A DNA stretch of 64,000 nucleotides. Origin: Takakia lepidozioides. Lineage: Eukaryota; Plantae; Bryophyta. Both the position numbers and the translations under genes were made by a program. A model generated the notes under the pieces. The model did not search any database and was not told the origin of the DNA. It saw nothing but the letters and a program-made list of their open reading frames with translations. The number at the start of each line of letters is the position of its first letter. Within the stretch, counting starts at the first letter, position 1. The stretch spans positions 46,624,001-46,688,000 of the forward strand of contig CM060731.1 of assembly GCA_030704615.1 (NCBI GenBank), read 5' to 3'. Below, piece after piece: positions 35,071-46,800 of the stretch.

Positions 35071-38000
35071 TACAGGAAGTGGAGAGTTTTCCCAGGCAGA
35101 TATCGGGTCCTTGGAAAAGAGAGAAGACAATCAGCAGGATCAGTAGTTACCCCTGGCACTGCAGCATCGGTCGTGCAGCAGAAGGGCACAGTTCATGTGA
35201 AACAAGAGGTGAGCACATCCACTACATTCGTGACTCTTTCAGACTCGTCTTCGAAGGATGTTCTTGAGATTCCTCCGCCAGTCCAGACTCCATTCTTAGA
35301 TGATGACAAATTGTAGGATATAACGAGTGTCATTCCAAAATTGAAAACCCTCGCAAGGGTGCATGGGTGCAAGAGTGAGTTGCGTTTTGTTGATTGGGAG
35401 TCCCTTTGGGTGCAGCGGGTTCAATATGTACCAGCAGAGTTTGATGGGGACATTTTGTTTGAGCTCAACCCTTCCACGTCTTCCAGTGGACTTGCTGGGC
35501 TTCTGCAGGGCATGGACAATAAACATGATGGACACCCTTGGTGCAGGCTAAAAACATCGAACATCCACAACGACATTGGATTGAAATTTCGAAGGTCGGT
35601 TTGCGTTGGACATTGCAAGTGCGTGAATATTTCTTGCCCTCGCCTGAGAAACAACTCTAAACCAAACGAAAGTGAGTGGGAAGGGGTGCCCCTGAATCCT
35701 TTCACACCAGGGCTTGCCCCTCCCAAGACCATTACTTTTGTGTGCAGGTTTGCGAACTTGCCCCGTTCTGTGTTTTTGTGTGTCACACTCGTATGTACCA
35801 GGTAGCACACCGGTGCAAGACAATGACTCGTGCCTGCATTCATATGGGTACACACGAGCATCATGTGTCAAAGGGAAGTTGCAGGGATAGCGTAGACATC
35901 GCTAGAAATATTCTGAAGCAGGAGTTCCACAATGCCCTGTGTGCAACACCTTCTGCTATAGTGCTTGCAGCTAGCAAGGGATTCATGGAAAAACACATAC
36001 TGGGTGAAGGGGATGTGACACAACCAATGCTGGATGCAGATTCGCTTGATGCAGTGATGGACCATTTCTCCCCGTATTGAGCTCTCCCAATATTCGAAAC
36101 TAGGTGAATGCACTCAGAATGGGCACAGGCAGTACTGGATTCATGGACAACATTATGGACCTCAAACGGAGGAGTCGCTATGAATTCATTCAAAACAGTA
36201 TCTTCCCTGGCCAGGGCTCGTCCAAGGTGTATTTGTTCAGGATGTCCACAGTTGGCGAAGGCTGTGGTGTGAGCAATGTCCGCCGAATGCAACCTGGAGG
36301 AGATTTGGCGAAATGTTGGTTAATGTTTGATCACTGTAAACGGGTGAAGGGTTGGACAACCATGGCGTGCCATGTGTACGATCCAGTGTACGAGCGTGTG
36401 CTCTCCATAACAATTTGTGATATGCAGTCGGAGGACACTGAAACCCAAATGCTCATGTGGAATTCTCTCTTGGCCAGGATGCAGAACACAAATTTTGCGG
36501 GGTTCATGGCTGATAGTGCACAGGAAAATTTCAATGCAGTGCGGTGAGTCTTTGGATCGGGGGATCCTAAAGTGCCAATGGAAAATAGAGAGCGCACATG
36601 CCTCTTCCATTGGAATCAATCAATGGCACGTCATACAAAGCGCTGCATTCGACCTGACCCTCAGTTGGAGCATAGAAGGCTCTGCCCAAGTACAATAATG
36701 CCACCCCAATGGGAGAAGCTGAGAGCACTTACCAAGCAATCCGGGCTTGGTGGTTCTCCTCTGGTGCTGCTACTGGGATCCAGCTGAAGGAGTTGGAGGA
36801 CTGGTTGGTTTTTTGGCACTTCAGGTACAGACAATGGGGAGCTTTCATGACGGCGGTAAGCCTCTTCAATCCCAGAAACACAAATGTCACTTTGCATCGT
36901 GCATGTTCCAATTCCTCTGGGGTTGTTGGATTGTCACTTGCAGAACTTCTGCCATTTCCTTTCGTTCCTCATATTTGTGCGCATTGCCTTCTGCAGGACA
37001 TGTCCTTGAAATTCCATCCAGCGGTTAAAGTCGGAGCGCCACCTAGCCCTCCCTCCCCCCGAGGCGACCTCATCCGGAGCCCCCTGGATGGAAAAATGGC
37101 GTCGAATTTCCATCCAGCGGATGAAGTCGGAGCGCCACCTAGCCCTCCCTCCCCAGGAGGCGACCTCATCCGGAACCCCCTAGATGGAAAAACGGCGCCG
37201 AATTTCCATCCAGCGGATGAAATCGGAGCGCCACCTAGCCCTCCTTCCCCCCAAGGCGACCTCATCCGGAGCCACTTGGATGGAAGACTTGGCCGACATG
37301 CCTTTGTGTAATTTGGCGGAGACTGTTCACAATGCCTGGATGCAATAGTCTACCAAAGCAGGACACGACTTGTATGTTGCCACTGCAGATGACATGGTGC
37401 GGGCACTTACACAACAAACCAGATACCGGAATTTTCTGATGGGACGGGGCGGAGCAAGGGCCCTGATATGACTTTGTTGATGCTAAGGGCTGCGAGCAGG
37501 TCCGGAGTCCCATCGAAGATGGCGAGAGCTCTGAACATGTGCACTGAAGGCTCCCCTTTGCAATCCAGGGTCCCCCATTTGGAAGACGAGGAAACATTTG
37601 GATCATGCAAAAGGAAATTGAACACTCCTCCAGGGTCGGATGGAGATTCCCATCGCCCCAACATGGTCAATTTCTCTGTACCAAAGGTGTCTCCGATGCA
37701 GACTAAGTCATGTGCCCGCCCCTTCCCAGGTGGGTCCTCTTCCAGTGGAGCAGGTGCAAATCATGCAAGCACAGCAGCAAGAATCCCATTGGAGGAGGTG
37801 GTGTCCTTGGTGCATGAATCTGATTGCATTGACAGTGATATAGAATAGGATCCTTGCATGGCTGGATCTTTCAAGAAATGCAAATAAAAAATATGCAAAG
37901 GCTCCAGGGGGACTCCAGCTCCAACATTCACAGGGTTGTTCCGACCTTATCATAGTGGGGAGTCAAAGCACTGGAAGTTTTGGTTTTGCCCAGACGATAT

Positions 38001-38620
38001 GGCACGATGCGTCAAGGAAACAGTTCGTCCTTCGGTGATAATGAAGCCCCCTCCACCCGCAATTTGGCTTGTGAAACTTGGGACGTCGCTTCATTAGCCG
38101 AGATAAGCATACTGGAGGAGGGAGGGTTCCGTCTTGCACGGTCCCGGGTGGTGCCCTCATGCACTCAGGGCACTGATGTGCCACATGCTCCGGCAATGCC
38201 TCCACCCGGTGCCGACTCCCACCCAACAAAAAGAGATGGAAAAACAATGCGTCGTCGCGCTTCGGGTGCAGATCACGATTGCAAGATGGAATCAGCTAGA
38301 ATTTTGCAGGCTCGGGTGACTCGTATCACCGAAGTCCCGGCCCCGGGGTATGGACGGATTTACACAGTGTTGTCTACTGGCTCAATTCTTCATGACAAAG
38401 AATATCAGGTTACCGTGGGGAATTTCCCTACGTGCACTTGTCCGGACTTTGTAACGATGCGTGAGGGCGCTCTCGGCATGAGAGGGAAGTGGGTCCCCTA
38501 CAAGCATCAATATTACATATACCTATAATTATGTGCTACGACGGTAAGAGAGACCAATTCATTCACCAAGCCACACTAGGCTACGGAGAAGTCATCACTC
38601 TTTTGTAGTGCGATACCTGG
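35070..38620 (+). pseudogene. Degenerate GCM-DDE-SWIM MULE transposase of a related subfamily
   Basis: Collinear homology to 16265-19560 (HDGHPWC, MFDHCKR, FMADSAQ, CLFHW, CNLAETVHN, CTCPDF), with many stops and frameshifts. No termini found. Confidence 0.85.
37012..37285. repeat. ~3 x 96-bp tandem repeat with inverted-repeat ends, inserted in the transposase exon
   Basis: Unit TTCCATCCAGCGG...C(C/T)TGGATGGAA occurs three times and interrupts the MSLE-DLADMP sequence conserved in copy 1. Confidence 0.85.
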
Positions 38621-41600
38621 CGTAGGGCTCTACCAGATTCTCTTTGAACACAAACGAGCCATTGACGAGCCCTAGTCGCGCGCAGCCAGGGTGACGGCAT
38701 ACTAGCCTAGGGGGTCGTGACAAGTTGCGGTGTAGGTTGGGCTCAACGAACCGCCTACCCGGCTGCGGTAAGTGCAGGGGTCCGTGACAGCTATGGACGG
38801 ATCTAAACAGTCTAGCTTCCTACCGGCAAAGCAAAGCTTAACAACTCTACTTCACAGGGCGATTTGCGTTTCCTAATCCTATGTTTTGTTTATGGGTTTT
38901 CTACGTCTTTAATCGTAATTGCCTTCCAAGTCTTTGTTTATTACTACTTCCTACATGTCTGGACTCCCAACACGCTTATAGCCGGGACGAACCTTCAAAT
39001 CCCTTCACAAAACGAATCTCGAGCCCAGGGAGACGGGGATCATCTATCTCCCGCCCAATGCCCCCCCCTAAAAATCTCGAGGTGGATTAGTGTCCTACAT
39101 CCTAGGAAGGGACCGGATCCGCTTTCCCAAGTCAGTCTCTCCTGCTTAGAGCGATCCAAAATTCAACCTCAATGGTCAGTCCATCGGGTGAATGATAACA
39201 ATTCAAACCTCTAGGTAATTCCCGAGATCTAATAAAACAATGGCCGTTCCTTGGCTTAAGGCCCCCCAGCGCCCGGGTACTTAACTTCAAATATCCTCGG
39301 CGGAAGGGGGCGAGACCGCCCTCGAAACTTCCGTTTTTAAGTTAAGGGGTTCCGGATAAAATCCCTTAATAAAGGTGAATTATCCTGCTAAATAATAAAG
39401 AATAAAATCATTAAAATATTCCTACAAATGCATGAAATTCGTAGAAATAGAGAAGCATTGGGGAACTGCTCTCCACTTTGGAGCGCCCCTAAATTCCTAT
39501 ACCAAACCAATCAAGAACGCATTAGCAACTTAAACCATCACCGGGCCAGGATGAATAAAATCTGCCGCCCATCAGTTTCTCATCTGCTCGCCACCCTGGT
39601 GTGTAAACAATGATTAAACATTCAGTGGGTCCCAAGGTCCATTCCTTGCGCCTCTTCCACCTACTTCCAATATAATATGATTAATTTATGCAGGCAACCA
39701 ACCTAGAACGAAGTTGAAACATGTCATCTTCTACCTTGTGAAACCCCCAGCAGGGATTCTCTCCTCCCTGTCTCTGGGCTCTCTCTCTGCCTGTAGCATC
39801 CACCCGTGAGCCGTGCTTTCACAAACCCCGGAATACATATCAAACTGATGGCCTTACTGGGGCCTATCCAATGGTTCCAACCATTTCTTATATTTTGCTA
39901 AAACACGCCCTCATTCCCATGCAAGAAGAACACCATGAATAGTGCACAAGAAATCAAAGGCATAGGGAGAAAACCCCTCTTAAAATACCCGTCCCAAGGG
40001 CCAACAGTCCCTGGTGAGGTCTGTCGTAATATCCAGCGGTTAAAATCGATACCCGCGGCCAGCGCTACGTGGCGCGGCGTGGCTGGCCCGCCGCCGGCGC
40101 GGGTCCAGTGGGTAATAGGCAGGCTCCGTCGTCTCTGCCGCTCGTATCGTACCTGCGCGGGCCCAGCTATGGCGTCTAGTGCTGCCACGCAGTATACCAG
40201 CAACCCGTACTTTGCTTCAGGGGTCAACTCCCTCCACAGGGGAAGGCCGCGCCACCCGTGTTAGATGCGCATTTCTATGGCGATTCTAGGCAACCTCCTT
40301 GGTTGACCTCCAGCCCAAAGGCGCATAAGGCGCCGACACTTTAGTGCTGGGCTCTGCTTTTTTTGGCAGCTCTCTATAAAATAGTTTAACCACTTATAAA
40401 GCTAGTTAGTATTGCCTCACATGGTCCTCTATGGCCAAGAGGCTTATGAACATAGGTATGAACTTAATAATATGGAAATTTTGGCGATAGCTTCGCCATC
40501 TCATGCAATATGGCCGTCGCCACTCAGCTAAAAAGGGAAATTTGACAAGAGCTTCGTCACTTCATGCAAGCTCGCCCTCTCCTTAAACATAATAATAGAC
40601 ATCTACCCTCACTTCCATGATGTAATTGGGTTAGATTCCTAAGGCCCTGTCTCCTGGGGCTTCACACCTGTGCTCTTCACACATGTACATAGAGATGCAC
40701 ATACATCCTCTTTGAAAGAGGATTACACTACAACAGATTGCGGCGCAGTCATGACAGATTTGTGGCAGAAATGCCATTTGCAGTCGTAAAATGCTTTTGA
40801 AGTCATAATGCAGGTCTAGGGAAGGCGTATATGCGACGGCATGGCTCCGGACTCTGCGCAACACAGGTCAAACATGTTTGACCACGAATATTGGCATGGC
40901 AGATATGACTACCAGTCACGGTCATGGCTACACTAGAATGACGTGTGCATATTGCTAGACAGACATATGACTTCATGACTCTCACTCTAATGCATTCTGT
41001 TATATCATGGATGAATCACTACATGACTGCATGTGTCGACACATCCTTTTCTGGTTATATATATAATATATAAGTATTTATATTTTGAAAAACGGAGACT
41101 CTGACCACTAGAACGAATTAAAAATAAATAAAAACAAAATCAAGGTGCAAAAAGATTTAAAAAAAATCACATCGGCTGGTAAGTGCACAGTGTGTCGCCC
41201 TGGTGGTTTGGGGTTCAAACCCGTTGCCCTTATCCAGTGTGTTGGATTGTTCGTGACGGTATGTCTGGGCGTTGATCGTCATGTAGGTCTTATGGCCCAT
41301 AAATGAAGGCGGGTGAATTTTTCCCCCTCCTCAAGGGCCTGTGGTTTCCTTTAAGAAAAGAAAAAAAATCAAAAATCAAAAATGGGCTTTTAGGGTTTAC
41401 AAAAAACTTAAAAAAACTTAAAAAGTTGCCCATCGCGGTAGCCGTGAACAGACTTAGAGCGAGCGGGAGGGAGAGAGAGAGAGAGGGCTGGGACTTAGAG
41501 CGAGCGAGCGGGAGGGAGGGCAAATTACACTACAACAGAACGCGGTATATCTGACTGCGGGGCCGCGGTAATCATGGTTTTCCTGACTTTGACCATGACT

Positions 41601-42199
41601 TCCCTATATTTTTGGACCAAATGGGGCTTCACGTAGTCGTTGAAATGATTGCGTGACTACGTAGTCCTCTGGATGACTACGTTGGTAGACTTCGTCATGA
41701 CTGCATGGCTCCGCACTAGACGGAAGGTTAGTCAACGATGGTTGACCAGCGCGAGTTCACCACCAAACAGTCGTTGGAATGGCTTCTAGTGTGAAGCTTG
41801 GTAGCCAAAAGATTATTTTTTTTTTAAATTTAAGTTGCTTATAGGGTTGCCCATTCGAGGGCCGAGACTCAGTTTTTTTTTTTTTTTTCTCCTGCACGGT
41901 TTCTTAGTATCGAGCTGTTGTGTCATGGAACGCGAGGATCGCAGGATAGGGCGTGGGATGGAGGCTTTGTATTGAGCTATTGATGCAGGGCGAAGCGCAA
42001 TCTCCACCGCAACCGCAATGGGCTCTTGGCTCCTGTTATCTTGGGAGAGTCAACTTGGCTTGGCAGTCCGTGTTTCAATTTTACCTTTGTGGAAAAGGGT
42101 AAAAGGTCCATGGTGACATTGTCAAATTTAGGGTATCCAGAAACAGATGTGGTAGTATTGAGGATACAAATGGAGTGTTTGAGAATATGGCCTAACGAA

Positions 42200-43258
42200 C
42201 CTAGAGTGTGATGATCGCGGGATATGCCCCAGCATGGATGCGGGATGGAGGCATTGGAGACCTATGAGCAAATGATGTGGGAAGGGTAAATGCAAACCTG
42301 GTCATGTTCGTTTGTAGATGCAATGCGTGTGCGAGCCTGGCAGCCCTGGAAAAAGGCAAAGAGCATTCCGAACGATACCCTGGTAGACATGTATGCCAAA
42401 TGTGGCAGCATCGAAGTTGCAAAGAGAAGGCAAATACTACTTCCATTGAGCGTTTTCATCTGTCTTCCTAGTGCAGATTCTTGGGTGCAACACAGTACAA
42501 CACAATCCTTGTTCTATGAACGAGCGTTGATCACATGGATTTAATGATGGCAAGATTCTTCTTCGACCTGTTTCAGCCTGGTTTGCCTTCCCATCAGACT
42601 CGGCCCTGGATTGTTCGGTAGAGTAGAGTTGGCATATTGAAGGTTTTACAGATCCTTCACGATGATGGGACAACCGCGATCGCAAGGTGTGGCTTTTTTT
42701 TAATGTACAATGTAAAGAAGTTTGTCCATCCTGCAAATGTGGGCTCTTGGCTCTTGGCTCTTGGCAGGAAAGCTGGAAAGTAGGTGCACACTCACATTGT
42801 CCAAAGTGGATTCACGCCGAACGTTTTTCTACTCAACACCCTTGTCAACATGTATATTAAGGGGAGCATCATGGATGATCACCAAGTGTTCAACACAGAA
42901 TGCCTCAACGATCTTTGATCACGTGGAATATAATGTTGGCAGGATTTACCAAGCATGGGCGTGGTACGAATGCCTTGGAGACCTGTGAGCAAATGATGCG
43001 AAGGGGTGAGCCCAACCACATCACGTTTGTTTGTGTTTGCAATGCGTGTGCAAGCCTGGAAAAAGGGAAAGAGGTCCATGGCTTTGGAGGCTTTGGAGAC
43101 CTATGAGCAAATGATGGGGGAAGGGGTGAAGCCCAGCCACATCATGTTTGTGTGCATTAGCAATGCTTGTGCAAGCCTGGCAGCTCTGGAGAAGGGCAAA
43201 GAGGTGCACGGCGATATCATCAAAGCTGGAATTGTACCAAATGTCATTCTGAACACTG
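42200..43258 (+). pseudogene. PLS-class pentatricopeptide repeat (PPR) gene relic, truncated by an LTR insertion
   Basis: LVDMYAKCGSIE, MPQRSLITWNIMLAGFTKHG, PNHITFVCVCNACASL and LEKGKEVHGDIIKAGIVPNV, with frameshifts. Confidence 0.8.
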
Positions 43259-43776
43259 TGTCGTGCGCATACGTATCGCTACACAACTACATCGCTGTCC
43301 AAACTACACCACACATATATAGACAATAAAGTAGTCTGCCACAATGATATGAAAACTAAACTCACACTGTCTCTGTTGACACAAAACACGAAATACAATA
43401 CAATCACTCGTTAAAATAAGAGTCGAGCTAGGGGCACCCCAAGCTATGGGGACTCCACCCCACAACATCCTACTCTCCCTCCATAAGTACACTCAGATGA
43501 TAAGCAACGAGGGAGCTCAGTCGTGCAGGCTTAACTCGAGAGAGATGAGCCCCACGACTGACGCTCTCGTGAAGATAAGATGGTTCAGGTGTTAAGCTAA
43601 ACTTGACACCTTGAACTAAATCCAAGTGTTAAATACAAATAACTAGCTTTATTCTAGTTAGTTTCACACTGTGTTTATTTAACTTGACAGCTGTCGTGCG
43701 CATACGTATCGCTACACAACTACATCGTTGTCCAAACTACACCACACATATATGGACAATAAAGTAGTCTGCCACA
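43259..43776 (-). repeat. 3' LTR region of the DNMT-Gypsy element, bounded by an 85-bp direct repeat
   Basis: 43259-43343 and 43692-43776 are near-identical. Each reads TGTGGCAG...CACGACA on minus; the PPT is adjacent to 43776. Confidence 0.75.
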
Positions 43777-43832
43777 ATCGCCCCCCTAGCTGGTGGATAG
43801 GTCCCTCTAACTCCAGATAGCTACAAGATGTA

Positions 43833-46800
43833 CAACGACGCAATGGCGCGAGCGTATGCTCACGCAGGAGTGACGTGGCGGGAGCCTGCACCCACGCTGA
43901 CGTGGCGTGAGCGTCATGTCAGCATGCTGATGTGGCGGCAAATGATGACGTGTCACTGTCCGTCATCTGCCACGTCAGCATTAACATACGCCACCTATAA
44001 CCGAGGATGGTCCTATGACCGTGGAATTAATGCAGGGAATCTTGCTTAAATAGAATCAAGACTACCATGAGGCCTACAATTGTAGCATCCAACATTGTGC
44101 AATTACAAATGTTTGTTTCACTTTTACAATTACGAGGACGAGAAAATATCCTCACAAAGTGTGCGCCATAGAGGCTGCCACGGGAAGACCTTCCTCCCTC
44201 CTCAAATAACAATGAGAGTTAGGATCATCTTCAAAAGATGATTGTAGTGCATAGCGACAGCAAGACATGTAGACTTCGAACGGTGCAATGACAAATGTGC
44301 TTTTGAAAGTTGCCACTCAGAGCTCACTCCGTATAGTTGGAGGCCATATCATTGCACCGCCGACGAATTGATGTGAATTACACATTTCAAATCATGGTCG
44401 TCCACATACCACATTGCATAGTTGATGCTACCCATGTGTTGTATCCCGTTGCAATAGAGTATCGACCTCGTTGAAACTCATAGTGGCCTGGTGAATGAAG
44501 TTGTCACGTTTGGGATCGCAAACCATCCTCTTCAAAAATATGAAATACAAATGTTTGCAGGGTATGAATTTACCTCTCTTGCCCAAACTGGTTGATAGCA
44601 TATTCACAAAATCAGGACATGTGCAATTGGGGAAATTGGAAACCGTGATGTCGTAGGTCCTGTCATGAACAGCAGATGTGGAAGTGATGATTGTGAATAC
44701 CCGACCATATCCTAGATCGGGTACTTCTGTGGTGCTTCCAACACGACTTGGAGCATTCTTGCGGACTCCACTTTGCCAAAGTGTTCAGCGGTTGGAGGGA
44801 AACGCCGAATGAGCTTTCCATCTCGTTTGGTTGGCCACAAGTCAGGATTTGCCTGGGGGACCCGGGAGGACGTAGAAGTAGTAGCACATGCATGGAGTTG
44901 GGGTTGTCTCGCAAGGGAAAAGCCTGCCTCCTCCAGCATTTCAATCTCCTGAAATCTGAGATGTGTTCCCACCTTCACGGGCCAAACGGTTGGAGGAGAT
45001 GGCTTCATCACTACGGAAGGACGCACAGTTCCTTGCACACATCTGGCACAATCATCTGAGCAAAACCAGAACTTGTGGTTCTTGGCTTCTGGTTGACCGT
45101 ATGGACGCATCAAACCCGTGAAAGTCGGAGTAGGAGTTCGGGCACCACCTCTGGATATAGGTGAAGTGCACTTCTCAAAATTAGTTGCCCTGATCACTGT
45201 ACATTTCACACGAGACCCTACACTTCTGCGTTCTATGTGCCAAACGTGGTCGGGGCATGCGGACTCAAGCACATCAAGGGGGTTGTTTCTCTCCTGCACC
45301 ATTTCAGTGGCACCGTTTGATACTGGAGCTTGCCGTCGTGTTGGAGGTTCCTCCACAATGGAGGTTCCGGACATGGAGCTGTCATGCAGGGGAACACGAG
45401 GCTTCGAGAAGTTATCACGGTCTGCCCTGTGCAATCGGAATCAGAACCAGGTGGAGTGTTCAATTTCCTCTTACAGGAGCCGAATCTCTCCTCCCCTTCA
45501 AGATGTGGAACTCTAGAAACAAGTGGCGTTCCCTGGGCATACATGCTCACCGCCCGTGCTATCTTGATTGGATCCCCAGATCTGTTTGCAGCACGCAACA
45601 TCAACTCCCATTTGTCCGGACCCTTGCCACCAACCCCACCTCGTAAGAAATCACGGTATCGGGTTTGTTGTTGCAAGGCACGTATCAAATCATCTGTTGT
45701 TGCCACATACAAATCCCGACCTCGTTTCCCAGACTGCTGCAACCATGCGTTGTGCACAGTTTCTGCCAAATTGCAAGATGGCATGTCCGCCATTTCCTCA
45801 ATGGACATGTTCTGCAAAGAGGATAACCACACTTCAGAACAGTGCACAGGAAACAACATAAAGAAAGCAATGAGTCAAAAATATGGAAAGCAAATATATG
45901 AATAAAGCATGAAATAGAAGCCTCGTACCATTGTCATGGCTGCTCCCTACTGTCTATACCGGAAGTGCCAAAACGCCAGCCAATCTTTCAATGCTCTCAT
46001 ACTCTCAAGTGATGCAGCTCCAGAAGAGAACCACCATGCACGAATTGTCTGGAACAAAGTGTCCGCCTCCTTCATTGTTCTAGCATCTTTGTACTATTTG
46101 CACAATTTACGGTGCTGAGTCTGCATCTCTGGTTTGATGTCCGACTTTGTATGTTTTTCTAGAGATTGTGTCCAATGGAATAGACATGTACGCTCTCTTC
46201 TTGGCATAGGCACTTTTGGGTCGCCCGATCCGAAGACAATACGAACATCATTGAAATTTGCTTGAGCACTATCCGCCATGAAACCTGCGAAATTTGGAGA
46301 TGGCAGCCCATGGCAGCCCATGACACGTATCAGGGAATTCCACATGAGCTTCTGGGATTCCGTATCCTCGGATTGCATGTCACAAACTGCAATTGTCATA
46401 ACTCGTTGGTACACTGGATCGTAGACATGACAAGCCATTGTCGTCCAATCCTTCACTCGTTTCACATGATCAAACATAAGAAAACAGTTCTGCAAGTCCC
46501 CAGTCTTCTGCATCCGCTTCATGAGGCTAACCCCACTGCCCTCCCCAACAGTCGACATTTTGAAAAGAAAAACTTTGATGGCACCTTGACCTGGGAATAC
46601 ATTGTCCTGGATGTAATCGTACTTGCTCACTCGTTTCAATTCCAAAATATTGTCTATGTAGGCTCTGATCCCAAAGCCCATTCTCAATGCATTGATCTGA
46701 TGCCGAATGTTAGGTGAACTTAAAGTGGAGAAATGATCCATGACCAGGTCCAATGCTGCACCGTCAAGTTTAGTCCCCACAGAATCTCCTTCACTCAAAA

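Noticed and set aside
36709-37311. Proline-rich repeat protein
   Set aside because: The ORF is a read-through of transposase exon, intron and the inserted 96-bp repeats.
38640-41800. Possible LTR or gene remnants in 38.6-41.8 kb
   Set aside because: No recognisable protein motifs, paired termini or TSDs could be established by eye.
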